DNA of 64,000 bases from an uncultured Gemmatimonadaceae bacterium (GCA_963761305.1 CAVXGK010000002.1:2336001-2400000), one strand, 5' to 3'. Numbered from the stretch's first letter, positions 1 to 9,974 are shown. The notes: generated by a model not told the origin, from the sequence alone. Translations and numbers: made by a program.

Positions 1-1
1 C

Positions 2-337
2 GTGATGTACGCCGGCGAGATCGTCGAGGAATCGCCGGTCGGCGAGCTGTTCGCCCACGCTCACCATCCGTACACCGAAGGCTTGTTGGCCGCGATGCCG
101 CGCGTCGGACAGGAGCGCGAGCGATTGGCGACGATCCCGGGCACTGTTCCACCGCCGAGCGCGTGGCCGACGGGATGTCGCTTCCACGATCGCTGCGCAT
201 ATGCCTGGGAGAGATGCTCCACCGAGCATCCGCCGCTCTATCAGATAAGCGAGCATCACGTTTCTCGCTGTCACCTCGCGGAAGAACCCGCCCGTCGCTC
301 ACAGCGCCACGAACCCGCCGCGGCGATCAAGTCGTGA
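2..337 (+). CDS. oppD: Oligopeptide/dipeptide ABC transporter ATP-binding subunit, C-terminal part (5' truncated by window)
   Basis: [17 protein letters not shown] and GCRFHDRC oligo_HPY C-terminal motifs; its TGA overlaps the GTG of the next ATPase. Confidence 0.85.
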   Translation: MMYAGEIVEESPVGELFAHAHHPYTEGLLAAMPRVGQERERLATIPGTVPPPSAWPTGCRFHDRCAYAWERCSTEHPPLYQISEHHVSRCHLAEEPARRSQRHEPAAAIKS

Positions 338-1440
338 CCGCCTCGCCCGCTGTCCACCCGTCCACCCGTCCACCTGTCCACCCGCTGTTGTCCGTCCGCA
401 ACCTCGTCAAGAATTTCCCCATCAAGAAAGGCGCATTCGGCAAGGCTGCCGGCGTCGTTCGCGCGGTGAACGACGTCTCGTTCGACGTGATGCCCGGCGA
501 AACGCTCGGGCTCGTCGGCGAATCGGGATGCGGAAAGTCGACCACGGGACGCATGATTCTTCGTCTCATCGAACCCACCGCCGGCCGCGTGGAGTTCGAC
601 GGCATCGACCTCACCGCGCTCGACGCGCGCGCGATGCGAACGATCCGGCGACGAATTCAGGTCATCTTCCAGGATCCCTTTTCGTCCCTCAATCCGCGCA
701 TGACCGTCGGCGCGATCGTGCGCGAGGGGCTCACGATCCACAAGATCGCCGAGGGCGCCGCGGCCGACACGCGCGTGCGGCAACTGCTCGACGAAGTCGG
801 GCTTCGTCCCGAGTACGTGTCGCGCTATCCGCATGAGTTTTCCGGCGGCCAGCGACAGCGCATCGGCATTGCCCGCGCGCTCGCCGTCGAGCCGAACTTC
901 ATCGTCTGCGACGAACCGGTCTCGGCGCTGGACGTATCGGTGCAGGCGCAGGTCATCAACCTGATGCAGGACCTGCAGCGCGATCGCGGCCTCGCCTACC
1001 TGTTCATCGCCCACGATCTGTCGGTCGTCGAACACATCGCCGACCGCGTCGCCGTGATGTACCTCGGCAAGATCGTCGAGCTGGCGAGCGCGGCCGATCT
1101 CTATCGCGACCCGGTGATGCCGTACACCCAGGCGCTGCTCTCGGCCGTTCCGGTTCCCGACCCCAGCGCCAAGAAGTCGCGCGTCGTGCTGACCGGCGAT
1201 GTCCCGTCGCCCGCGAACCCGCCAACCGGATGCGTGTTCCATCCTCGCTGCCAGCATCCGGCCAAGGATGCCGCGTGCAGCGAGATCGTTCCGCCCCTCG
1301 AGGAAAAGGCGCCGCAGCACTGGGCGGCGTGCATCAAACAGCCTCCCACCGGGGTAGACTGGCGAGTGCAACAGGCGGCGGGAGGAACGAAGCAGCCTTT
1401 CCGGTGGACCGGTGGACCGGTGGACCGGTCGACCGCGTAG
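334..1440 (+). CDS. oppF: Oligopeptide/dipeptide ABC transporter ATP-binding subunit
   Basis: Walker [10 protein letters not shown], signature [24 protein letters not shown]. Start placed at the GTGA overlap (334); TTG at 388 is an alternative. Confidence 0.9.
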   Translation: MTASPAVHPSTRPPVHPLLSVRNLVKNFPIKKGAFGKAAGVVRAVNDVSFDVMPGETLGLVGESGCGKSTTGRMILRLIEPTAGRVEFDGIDLTALDARAMRTIRRRIQVIFQDPFSSLNPRMTVGAIVREGLTIHKIAEGAAADTRVRQLLDEVGLRPEYVSRYPHEFSGGQRQRIGIARALAVEPNFIVCDEPVSALDVSVQAQVINLMQDLQRDRGLAYLFIAHDLSVVEHIADRVAVMYLGKIVELASAADLYRDPVMPYTQALLSAVPVPDPSAKKSRVVLTGDVPSPANPPTGCVFHPRCQHPAKDAACSEIVPPLEEKAPQHWAACIKQPPTGVDWRVQQAAGGTKQPFRWTGGPVDRSTA

Positions 1441-1493
1441 CCCGTCGCCTTTCGCCGTTCCGGTCTACCGGTCTACCGGTCCACCTGTCAACC
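1401..1493. repeat. Inverted pair of octamer arrays, (GGTGGACC)n ... (GGTCYACC)n, spanning the oppF stop
   Basis: ccggtggaccggtggaccggtggaccggtcgacc at 1401-1434 and cggtctaccggtctaccggtccacctgtcaacc at 1461-1493. Confidence 0.85.
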
Positions 1494-1500
1494 TCTCCCA

Positions 1501-3063
1501 ATGACAATCATCGACGTCCGCGAACCAGACGTACCTGCGGCGCTGGGCGCGCGCCCGTCCGCGCTCGACGATCGCGCGCTCTTCGGGCATCCGCGCGGCC
1601 TCGGTCTCCTGTTTTTCACGGAGATGTGGGAGCGGTTCTCGTACTACGGCATGCGCGCGATCCTCGTGCTCTACCTGGTCAACGCGCTCAAGTGGGACAC
1701 GCCGCGCGCGGCGAATCTGTACGGCACGTACACGATGCTCGTGTACCTCACGCCGGTCATCGGCGGATTTCTCGCCGATCGGCTCATCGGCACACGACGC
1801 TCGCTCGTCATCGGCAGCCTGGTCATCGCGCTCGGCCACTTCACGCTGGCCTTCCCCGGGATGACCACGTTCTACGTCGGGCTCGGGCTCATCATCGTCG
1901 GCACCGGCTTCTTCAAGTCGAACGTGTCGACGATGGTCGGACAGATCTATCCCGAGGGCGATCGGCGTCGCGATTCCGGTTTCACGATCTTCTATGTCGG
2001 CATCAATGTCGGCGCGGCGCTCGGCCCGCTCTTCTGCGGAGGCTTCGCGCAGAACCCGCGCTTTGGCTGGCATTGGGGGTTCGCCTGCTCCGGCGTCGGC
2101 ATGCTGCTCGGACTCGTCACCTACCTGTGGGGCCGCGACAAGTACTTGCCCGGCATCGGCACGTCGCCGACGCGTACCAGGGTCACGGCTGTCTCGGCGG
2201 ACGCGGGCCCAAAAGCGAACACGACTCTCCACGGCGCGATCGGCGTCGTCCTCGGCGGCGTGCTCGGTTGGTTCCTCGGCGACGCGAGCGTGCTCGGCAT
2301 TCTGATGGGCGTCGTGATCGGCCCCGCGCTCACGATCAGCTTGCTCGGCTCGCACGGCGAAGAACGAAAACGCGTCGTCGCACTTTTCATCGTCGTGTTT
2401 TTCGTGATCTTCTTCTGGGCGGCCTACGAGCAGACCGGCAGCTCGATGAATCTCTTCGCCGACAAGAACACCAACCTCAAGGCCGGCTCATTCAACATTC
2501 CGTCGAGCTGGTTTCAGTCGGTGAATCCGTTCGACATCATCATCTTCGCGCCGCTGTTCGCGTGGATGTGGACGGTGCTCGGCAAGCGCCGCCGCGAACC
2601 GTCGACGGCGCTCAAGATGGTGCTCGGCCTCGCGCTGCTGGCAACGGGATTCCTCTTCATGGTCATCGGCGGCGAGCGCGCCGACACCGGCATTCTCGTC
2701 AGCCCGTTCTGGCTCGTCGCCGCATACACGTTCCACACGTGGGGCGAGCTCTGTCTCTCACCGGTCGGCCTGTCGTACGTGACGAAGGTCGCGCCCGTGC
2801 GATTCGCATCGCTCCTCATGGGCGTGTGGTTCCTGGCCAATGCCGCCGCGAACAAGATCGCCGGCGCCGTCGCCGCGTTCACCCCGACGCCCGGCGAGAA
2901 GCCGCAAGCGATCGCCGGTGGACTGGCGGGATTCATCCAGTCGGTGAGCGCGACGAATCACGGTTTCTACATGATCTTCGTCGTCGCGGGGTTCGCGGCC
3001 GCCGCGCTGATGCTGCTGTTCGTACCGCTCCTCAAACGCCTGACGAGCAGCGTGGCTGCGTGA
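1501..3063 (+). CDS. POT/PTR family proton-dependent peptide transporter (MFS)
   Basis: FGHPRGL, ExxERFSYYG motif (EMWERFSYYGM), GTGFFKSN, GELCLSPVGLS; many TM segments. Confidence 0.95.
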   Translation: MTIIDVREPDVPAALGARPSALDDRALFGHPRGLGLLFFTEMWERFSYYGMRAILVLYLVNALKWDTPRAANLYGTYTMLVYLTPVIGGFLADRLIGTRRSLVIGSLVIALGHFTLAFPGMTTFYVGLGLIIVGTGFFKSNVSTMVGQIYPEGDRRRDSGFTIFYVGINVGAALGPLFCGGFAQNPRFGWHWGFACSGVGMLLGLVTYLWGRDKYLPGIGTSPTRTRVTAVSADAGPKANTTLHGAIGVVLGGVLGWFLGDASVLGILMGVVIGPALTISLLGSHGEERKRVVALFIVVFFVIFFWAAYEQTGSSMNLFADKNTNLKAGSFNIPSSWFQSVNPFDIIIFAPLFAWMWTVLGKRRREPSTALKMVLGLALLATGFLFMVIGGERADTGILVSPFWLVAAYTFHTWGELCLSPVGLSYVTKVAPVRFASLLMGVWFLANAAANKIAGAVAAFTPTPGEKPQAIAGGLAGFIQSVSATNHGFYMIFVVAGFAAAALMLLFVPLLKRLTSSVAA

Positions 3064-3069
3064 TCGGTC

Positions 3070-4800
3070 TCACGGCCATCTGAACACGCTCGACGGGACG
3101 GTCTGTTCTCGCGTCGCTTGGACGTCGAACGGCTCGGGCAGAAAGAACGTCGTGAAATCCGAGCTTGAAACACGAACCTCGAATCGGTGTCCGCCGATCT
3201 CGGGGTTCAGCACATATGCGAGGTCGAGTCGCCAGATCCGCGGCGAGCGGGGCGGCGCGGAACCGAGCAGACTCACGCCGACCGACCCACGCGTTGGCGT
3301 GTTCACGCCGTAGGGAATGTCACCGGCCCACAGCCGGCCGGCGTCGGCGAAAGCGCCGACGCCGAAGTCGAACAATCCGTTCGGCCGTCCGAGAAACGAT
3401 CGCGTGTCGAGCCGCGCGACGAATCGCCGGGCGCCGGGTGTGCTCGACCCCGAAAACCCGCGCACTCCACCCACGGGATCGCTCAGCGTGAAGTTGTACG
3501 GGATGCGCTGCTGCCAGCCGCCGCTGAAGCCGAGCGAGAGCGTCGTCGTGTTGTTCACCGTGGGCTTGAAATACTGAATGGCGAGCGCGTCGGCGAGCAG
3601 GCCGTCCCACACGTTCGCCGAATTGTCGTGGCGGCCTTCGCCCTCCGCCTGGAGACGGAGCGCGTTGTTGCGCCCGATCGCGCCCACGTACAGATCGCTC
3701 GACGCGAAGATGTCGTCGTCGCGCGCGCCGAGCGCCGTGACGCTTCGGCCGAAGAGCGTACCAACCTGAAATCCGACCGGAAAGTCTTCCGTCGCCGTCA
3801 ACGCGTCGAGCCCTCTCACCTGGGTGAAGCCGATGTCGCGCACACCCCACAGCATGTTGACGCGAGCGATGCGATGGTCGACGTATCGATTGAGCAGCGC
3901 CGTGCTCGTGTCGGGCGCGAACCCGTGGTTGGTCACGAGCACCTGCGTATCGCCGGGGCGCTCGTCGTCGCCCGACAGCGAGATGCCGAAGAGACTGAGC
4001 CGTCCCGGCGGCCCGATGCGCATCACGCCACCCACCTCGAAGAAGCTCCGCACCAGCCGAATCGCGTGGTTCGAGTTGATGTCGTTCTCGAACTGCACGT
4101 AGTCGTCGAGCGTTCCGAGCTGAACGATCCACGCGAAACGTTGGATGTCGGTGTAGAACGGGTGAAATCCGCGCCCGACCCAATCGGTCCCGAGCGGGTT
4201 GCGAAACGCCTGCACGCTGAGCGTGTAGGGCCGTCCGAACATCTGGTTGTCGATGAGTCGCCCTCCGAACGCGTCGCGGAACGCGCCGCCGTCCCGCCAA
4301 TCGCCCGCGAGGTAGATGCCTTCACCATCGAGATTGGCGTCGCCGAATCGAAAGAAACGGACGAACGGGTGTCCTGGCCCGATCGCCGCATCCAGCACGA
4401 GCGAGATTTCGTCGCTCGTCTCGACGAGCAGCGTGACGCCGCCCTGATCGTCCGAGATCGCGCGCACCGAGGCATCGGCGATGAACGGCTGCGCACGCAG
4501 GATGCGCTCCGAGTCGGCGCGACGCAGTTCGTCGCATGCATCACCGCGCGAGAGGAGCAGAAATCGCGCGATGACCTCCGGGTTCGTCGTGACATGAATT
4601 GCCGAGAGGAAGCTGTGGATCAGCGGCACGTGCCGGAGAACCGCGGCCGTCGGCGCCGAGCTTCGAACCACGATGCCGTCGATGCGCTGGCCGAAACAGT
4701 GCACGAACACCGTGTCCGTCGTGGGCGTTTGCGCCCCCGCACTCGCGGCACTGCTGAGCAGCGCGACGCCGACGCAGCCGAGCAGGTGCCGAACGCTCAG
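3070..4800 (-). CDS. Predicted outer-membrane beta-barrel protein (Omp85/BamA-TamA-like, tentative)
   Basis: POTRA-like segment (ELRRADSERILRAQPFIADASV), GGVRGF and FADAGR beta-strand motifs. The frame extends upstream of the track GTG (4710) through a signal-peptide-like stretch to CTG at 4800. Confidence 0.6.
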   Translation of the reverse strand: MSVRHLLGCVGVALLSSAASAGAQTPTTDTVFVHCFGQRIDGIVVRSSAPTAAVLRHVPLIHSFLSAIHVTTNPEVIARFLLLSRGDACDELRRADSERILRAQPFIADASVRAISDDQGGVTLLVETSDEISLVLDAAIGPGHPFVRFFRFGDANLDGEGIYLAGDWRDGGAFRDAFGGRLIDNQMFGRPYTLSVQAFRNPLGTDWVGRGFHPFYTDIQRFAWIVQLGTLDDYVQFENDINSNHAIRLVRSFFEVGGVMRIGPPGRLSLFGISLSGDDERPGDTQVLVTNHGFAPDTSTALLNRYVDHRIARVNMLWGVRDIGFTQVRGLDALTATEDFPVGFQVGTLFGRSVTALGARDDDIFASSDLYVGAIGRNNALRLQAEGEGRHDNSANVWDGLLADALAIQYFKPTVNNTTTLSLGFSGGWQQRIPYNFTLSDPVGGVRGFSGSSTPGARRFVARLDTRSFLGRPNGLFDFGVGAFADAGRLWAGDIPYGVNTPTRGSVGVSLLGSAPPRSPRIWRLDLAYVLNPEIGGHRFEVRVSSSDFTTFFLPEPFDVQATREQTVPSSVFRWP

Positions 4801-4812
4801 GAGTCGAATTGC

Positions 4813-5388
4813 CTACTTCCCCATTTTTCGCTTGAGCTCATCCAGCCGGCGCGCGGCATCCGCTTCGCGGTCGGCGCGGTCGCGGTCGCGTCCGAGCGCG
4901 TCGATCTCCGAGCGAACCGACGCACCCGCGGTGTCATCGAGGCCCAGCTCAGCGTCGCTGATCGGACCGCCGGCAACTCCATCAGGGGCGCCCGCGGGGC
5001 CGCCGGCCAGAATCGACTTCAGCTCGGCGGACATCTCCGAAACCTCTCGCTCGGCCAGCGCCACCTCTGATTCCTGCGCCGCGACTTTGCGCCGAAGCAT
5101 GTCCACTCGCTGGCTGTGCATTTGTTCGTATTTCGCGCCGAGCTCCGACGTCTCGCGGTCGCCGATGCCCTCGGCCAGCTGCTTGCGCCGACGCACCGTC
5201 TCGAGCTCTCGCTCTTCGCGCGACAAACGCTCGCGCGCCTTGGCGAGCCCGTCGCGCAAATCGTCGAGGCCGACCCGCGCCTGCACGAGGGTCTCTTTCA
5301 TGCGCGACGCAACGGCGCGCCGCTCCTCGGGACGCGTCGCGCGTGCGAGCAGCTCGTCGAACGAACGCCGAAAACCGTCAAATACCAT
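4813..5388 (-). CDS. PspA/IM30-like coiled-coil protein
   Basis: Long charged coiled coil ending ARRLDELKRKMGK, typical of PspA-family C-termini; ATG at 5388. Confidence 0.6.
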   Translation of the reverse strand: MVFDGFRRSFDELLARATRPEERRAVASRMKETLVQARVGLDDLRDGLAKARERLSREERELETVRRRKQLAEGIGDRETSELGAKYEQMHSQRVDMLRRKVAAQESEVALAEREVSEMSAELKSILAGGPAGAPDGVAGGPISDAELGLDDTAGASVRSEIDALGRDRDRADREADAARRLDELKRKMGK

Positions 5389-5438
5389 CGCGGTGTTGCT
5401 CCTCGGGCCGGTTCGTGTACGATACTGGACGGGTTCAT

Positions 5439-6158
5439 ATGCCGCCATTCGTCATCGTTACCGCCACCACGGAATCTCTACGTGGACGCGCCCGCGTTCG
5501 CGTCAATGAGGCGTACACCGACGCGCTCACGTCGGTTGGACTGATTCCGCTCATCCTGCCGCCGGTCGACGCGGCGATGGCCGTCGCCGCGCTCGACGGC
5601 GTCGCCGGTCTGGTCCTGACCGGCGGCGAGGACGTGGGCGCCGAGCACTTCGGCCAGACGCCACATCCGGCGATGGGCACGCCTCATCCGGCGCGCGACG
5701 AATACGAGCTCGCTCTCGCCCACGGCGCACGCGACCACCGTTTGCCCACGCTGGCGATCTGCCGCGGCGCTCAGGTGATGAACGTCGCGCTCGGCGGCAC
5801 GCTGCTTCAGGACATTCCATCGCTGCGCCCGGCGGCCGCCAATCACGATCTCTCGACTCGCCGATCCGAGCGAGTCCACGAAGCGGCGATCGAACCCGGC
5901 ACGTCGCTCGCCAAGGTCGTGGGCGACACGACGATCACCGTGAATTCGTCGCACCATCAGGCCGTCGACAAAATCGCGCCGTCGCTCCGCGTATCCGCAA
6001 CCAGTCCCGACGGCGTGATCGAAGCGATCGAGCCGGCGAGCGGCGATTGGTGGATGATCGCCGTGCAGTGGCACCCCGAAGAGTTGACCGCGACGCCCGA
6101 GCCGTGGGACCGTCGCCTTTTCTCGGCGTTCGCCGAGGCGGTTCGAGCCGGGGACTGA
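5439..6158 (+). CDS. Peptidase C26 / gamma-glutamyl-GABA hydrolase family glutamine amidotransferase
   Basis: LVLTGGEDV, LAICRGAQ (catalytic Cys), VNSSHHQA, AVQWHPE. Confidence 0.9.
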   Translation: MPPFVIVTATTESLRGRARVRVNEAYTDALTSVGLIPLILPPVDAAMAVAALDGVAGLVLTGGEDVGAEHFGQTPHPAMGTPHPARDEYELALAHGARDHRLPTLAICRGAQVMNVALGGTLLQDIPSLRPAAANHDLSTRRSERVHEAAIEPGTSLAKVVGDTTITVNSSHHQAVDKIAPSLRVSATSPDGVIEAIEPASGDWWMIAVQWHPEELTATPEPWDRRLFSAFAEAVRAGD

Positions 6159-6179
6159 GAGCGAGACTGACGAAGCGCG

Positions 6180-6911
6180 CTACGCCAGTCGCTTCCAGCG
6201 GAACTCGTCTCTCACCTGCCGCATCAACCGCTCGGGCGAATGCACGGCGGGAAAGAAGAGCGTGTCGCTCACCGAGTTGAGCGCCGTCCGCAGCAGACCG
6301 AACCGCGCCGCCGCATTGGCAAAGAGCGCGGAGAGTCCGTGTTCTTCAGCCAACCGATGGTCGGCAGCGAGCTCGAACCCGCGGCGCCCCATCGCCTCGT
6401 AGTAATCGAGATCGGGGCCGCCGCGCGTCGAGTGGCGCTGCTCGATGAAGTCGGGGAAGATTCCGCTCAACCAGAGCGCGTAGTTGCCGAGGTGCGTTCG
6501 CACGAGGAAGCTGCGGCGCGTGTCCGGATCATTCAGATCTTCCCAGAGCGCGACGATCGCGTCGTACACCTCGTCATCCGACTCCGAGATCCGGTGCGCG
6601 CGGTCGCGCACGCCGAAACTGAGCACGACGGCGGTGACGTAGTCGGCGAGCGCGCGGTCCGATTCTCCAGCCTGCCGCAGCGATGCGCGGATCATCACGT
6701 AGGCGAAGAGCGTGAGGGACGCGTGCGCGCCGCGGGGATCACGCCTCAGCGCGGCCGACAGGCGGGGATCGTCGAGGATCACGTCGATTCCCTCGTCCGC
6801 CAGGCGCGCCTCGAGCGTCGCGAGGTCCTGTCCGGACTCGCTGGCCAGGAGCCGCGCCGCGAGCTGAGCGTCGTCGCGGGTGAGTCGGTGTCGTGTGTCG
6901 GCGAGAATCAT
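6180..6911 (-). CDS. Hypothetical protein
   Basis: 243-aa ORF with native codon style and globular-looking segments (HLGNYALWLSGIFP, DYYEAMGRRGF); no function recognised. Confidence 0.75.
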   Translation of the reverse strand: MILADTRHRLTRDDAQLAARLLASESGQDLATLEARLADEGIDVILDDPRLSAALRRDPRGAHASLTLFAYVMIRASLRQAGESDRALADYVTAVVLSFGVRDRAHRISESDDEVYDAIVALWEDLNDPDTRRSFLVRTHLGNYALWLSGIFPDFIEQRHSTRGGPDLDYYEAMGRRGFELAADHRLAEEHGLSALFANAAARFGLLRTALNSVSDTLFFPAVHSPERLMRQVRDEFRWKRLA

Positions 6912-6919
6912 TGATGCCT

Positions 6920-7169
6920 GGTGGACAGGTGGACAGGTGGACGGGTGGACAGGAACAGCCGAGCCCCCTCTAGCCCTTCTACCCCTCTAATCCCTCAAAC
7001 CGTTCAACTAGCCAGTCTCGTTCCATCCCCCTTTCAAGGACGCGCGGGTCGGACACCGGTTACCCCCTGAAACGCCTGCGCCCCGCGCGTGTATTGCACT
7101 TGGTAGATTGGATTAAGTCCTTGGGCTCGTGGTTCCCGTCCACCTGTCCACCCGTCCACCTGTCCACCT
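6920..7169. repeat. Divergent intergenic region bracketed by inverted octamer arrays
   Basis: (GGTGGACR)x4 at 6920-6951 and (GTCCACCY)x4 at 7138-7169; a degenerate CCCCTCTA repeat lies at about 6964-6996. Confidence 0.85.
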
Positions 7170-7175
7170 GCCCTC

Positions 7176-7916
7176 GTGCTGTACATCTGCATTCCCGCGT
7201 ACGACGAAGCGCAAACGGTCGGTGTGCTCCTCTGGCGCATCCGTAAGGTGTTCCAGGAGTACCCGCGCGACTACGAGATCCTCGTCTTCGACGACGGCAG
7301 CACGGATTCGACGGCCGAAGTCCTCCGTGGCTATGCCGACGTGCTCCCGCTCACGGTGCTGGGCGGATCCGAGCACCTCGGGTATGACCGCGCGCTCGAC
7401 GCGCTGTGTCGGGCCGCGGCCAACCGCACGCGCTATCCGCGGCGTGACGGACTGATCACCATGCAGGCCGATTTCACCGACCAACCCGAGCATCTCCCGG
7501 AGCTGATCAAACGGTTCGAGGGCGGCGCCGACCTCGTCGTGGCCGAACGGAAGCTACCCGGGACGGCGCCCAAAGCCGTGCGCCGTCTCGGCTGGATCGC
7601 GTCGTGGGCCGCGCGGCGCGCCGGCAAGGTGGCCGGCGTCAACGATCCGTTCGGAGCCCTGCGACTCTATCGAATCTCGCTCATTCGAGATCTGTTGAAG
7701 GACGCCGGCGACGCACCGCTCGTCCAGGGGCAAGGGTGGGCCGCCAACTTGTCCCTGCTGCATCAGGCCGCGCCACGAGCGCGGCGTGTCGAGACGGTCG
7801 AGGTGGAACCGCGCTACGACGTTCGCGCGCGCGAGACCCGCGTTCGTCCCTGGACCGACGGGCTCGCCCTGTTGCGCGCCGGACGCGGCATGCGCGTGGA
7901 GCGGCCGGCCTCGTGA
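7176..7916 (+). CDS. Glycosyltransferase family 2
   Basis: YICIPAYDEA, LVFDDGSTDST, MQADF (DxD-like). Confidence 0.85.
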   Translation: MLYICIPAYDEAQTVGVLLWRIRKVFQEYPRDYEILVFDDGSTDSTAEVLRGYADVLPLTVLGGSEHLGYDRALDALCRAAANRTRYPRRDGLITMQADFTDQPEHLPELIKRFEGGADLVVAERKLPGTAPKAVRRLGWIASWAARRAGKVAGVNDPFGALRLYRISLIRDLLKDAGDAPLVQGQGWAANLSLLHQAAPRARRVETVEVEPRYDVRARETRVRPWTDGLALLRAGRGMRVERPAS

Positions 7917-8770
7917 TTCGCCTGCCGCACGGCCCCGCGCTCCGCTCGCTGCTCATCAGCGCGGTGCTGGCCGTGCTCCCGGCGAGCGCGCAGGAATCCG
8001 GTGCGCCGCTCGTCGCGGCGCGTCCCGCCGAGGCGGCGCACGTGCCGTTCGGCGTTGGCGAGCGCATGGAGTACGACATCAGGTACAAGGGCATCCACGT
8101 CGGCACCGGCGACATGGAAGTGCTGCCGATGGACACGGTGCGCGGTCTCGACGTGTGGCATACGATCTTTCGAATGAGCGGCGGCTTTCTCTTCTACAAG
8201 GTCAACGACAAGTACGATTCGTGGCTCGACGCCCGTACGCTGGCGTCGCTTCGCTACTGGCAGGATATCGATGAGGGCTCGTACGAGCCGAAGCGGCACT
8301 ACGAGATTTTCCCGGAAAGGCGGCAGTACGTCGAGAACAACAAGGAGCCCGCGGCGAGCGTGGAGCACCCGCTCGACGACGGATCGTTCCTCTACTATCT
8401 CCGCACGGTTCCACTCCGCGTGGGGATGGACACGACGCTCAACGACTACTTCAAGGCCGAGAAGAATCCGATCCGCTTCAAGGTGCTGCGCAGGGACACG
8501 ATCGACGTGCCGGCCGGCCGATTCCCGGCGCTCGTCGTGCAGCCGATCTTCCAATCGAAGAACCTCTTCTCCGACGGCGGTCACGCCGAGGTCTGGCTTT
8601 CCGACGACACGAACCACATCATGCTGCAGATGAAGTCGAACGTGCGATTCGGTTCCCTCAGCCTCTACCTCAAATCGTACCGCCCGTCTCAGACGACGCC
8701 GGCGCCTCAGCCCGCCGCGAACAAGCCGCCGGACAACCCGCCACTACCGGCGCCCCCCGCGCAGGACTGA
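7913..8770 (+). CDS. Secreted DUF3108-like protein
   Basis: Signal peptide, PFGVGERMEY, IDVPAGRF, EVWLSDD, FGSLSLYL; GTGA overlap with the GT2 stop. Confidence 0.7.
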   Translation: MIRLPHGPALRSLLISAVLAVLPASAQESGAPLVAARPAEAAHVPFGVGERMEYDIRYKGIHVGTGDMEVLPMDTVRGLDVWHTIFRMSGGFLFYKVNDKYDSWLDARTLASLRYWQDIDEGSYEPKRHYEIFPERRQYVENNKEPAASVEHPLDDGSFLYYLRTVPLRVGMDTTLNDYFKAEKNPIRFKVLRRDTIDVPAGRFPALVVQPIFQSKNLFSDGGHAEVWLSDDTNHIMLQMKSNVRFGSLSLYLKSYRPSQTTPAPQPAANKPPDNPPLPAPPAQD

Positions 8771-9714
8771 CGCGCGAGGCGGATCTCTCCGCCATCCGCA
8801 CCATCCCGGTCGCGCGGCGTGCGAACAAGGTGAACGCCGACGAGTTCGCGCAGATCCCGCGCGACGATCGGTCGTTCAACGCCTTCCTCGCTTCGCTGCC
8901 CGACGTGCTCGTCGCGCGCGATTTCATCGCCGTCGTCGACGCGATCGTCGAGGCCGCGTGCCGCCAGCGCGGCGTCGTCGCCATGCTCGGCGGCCACATC
9001 GTGAAGACCGGCATCTCGCCGCTCCTCATCGACCTGATGCGACGACGCGTCATCACACACATCGCGATGAACGGCTCGGCGGCGATTCACGACTACGAGG
9101 TCGCGCGATTCGGCGCCACGTCGGAAGACGTCGCCGCCGGATTGCGCGACGGCACGTTCGGCATGGCCGAAGAAACCGGGCGCGAGATGAACGGCGCTTT
9201 CGTCGACGGCATGCGCGCGCAGCAGGGGATGGGCGAAGCGCTCGGCCGCGCCCTCGTCGCGCGAACGGATCTCGCGCACCCGGAGATGTCGATACTGCGC
9301 GCCGCGACCGAGCTCGGTGTTCCCGCGACGGTGCACGCCGCGCTCGGCGCCGAGATCATCCATCAACACCCGGCCGCGAGTGGCGCCGCGATCGGCGACA
9401 CGAGCCACCGCGACTTTCGCCGTCTTGCCGCGTCGCTCATCGACATCGACGACGGCGGCGTGGTGCTCAACCTCGGCAGCGCGGTGATCATGCCCGAGGT
9501 GTTTCTCAAGGCGCTCACCATCGCACGCAACCTGAACGATGGCCGCCCGCGCAGCTTCGTGTCCGCGGACTTCGACATGCAGCGCCATTATCGTCCCCGC
9601 GTAAACGTCGTACAGCGCCCGACGCTGGACAGCGGGAAAGGCTACGAGATTACCGGCCACCACGAGATCATGATTCCGCTGTTGGTGTGGGCCGTGGTAG
9701 GTCGCCTGGGGTAA
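8767..9714 (+). CDS. Conserved protein with deoxyhypusine-synthase-like features; function unknown
   Basis: MLGGHIVKTG, HIAMNGSAAIHD, NLGSAVIMPEVFLKA, ITGHHEIMIP. The frame is open upstream of GTG 8830 to a CTGA overlap at 8767. Confidence 0.7.
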   Translation: MTREADLSAIRTIPVARRANKVNADEFAQIPRDDRSFNAFLASLPDVLVARDFIAVVDAIVEAACRQRGVVAMLGGHIVKTGISPLLIDLMRRRVITHIAMNGSAAIHDYEVARFGATSEDVAAGLRDGTFGMAEETGREMNGAFVDGMRAQQGMGEALGRALVARTDLAHPEMSILRAATELGVPATVHAALGAEIIHQHPAASGAAIGDTSHRDFRRLAASLIDIDDGGVVLNLGSAVIMPEVFLKALTIARNLNDGRPRSFVSADFDMQRHYRPRVNVVQRPTLDSGKGYEITGHHEIMIPLLVWAVVGRLG

Positions 9715-9718
9715 GGCG

Positions 9719-9774
9719 GGTGGACCGGTGGACCGGTGGACCGGTGGACCGGTGGACCGGTGGACCGGTGGACC
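9719..9774 (+). repeat. (GGTGGACC)x7 perfect tandem array 4 nt after a stop codon
   Basis: Read directly from sequence. Confidence 0.95.
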
Positions 9775-9816
9775 CGATAAGACCAACGGAGTCCACGCGA
9801 GTAAGTCAGCCGGAAG

Positions 9817-9884
9817 GCTCAAGCTGAAAGCTCAAGCTGAAAGCTCAAGCTGAAAGCTCAAGCTGAAAGCTCCCAGCTTTCAGC
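9817..9884. repeat. 13-bp tandem repeat (GCTCAAGCTGAAA)x4 ending in a hairpin
   Basis: Four perfect units at 9817-9868; gctgaaagct-ccc-agctttcagc stem at 9862-9884. Confidence 0.9.
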
Positions 9885-9974
9885 CTCTGAGCCGCCGTTC
9901 GCGTTGCTCGAGGCGAGCGCTGGGAGCTTCAATCACTTTCGACGGTCGCAGTCCGCGGCGCGGTCCACCGCCCC

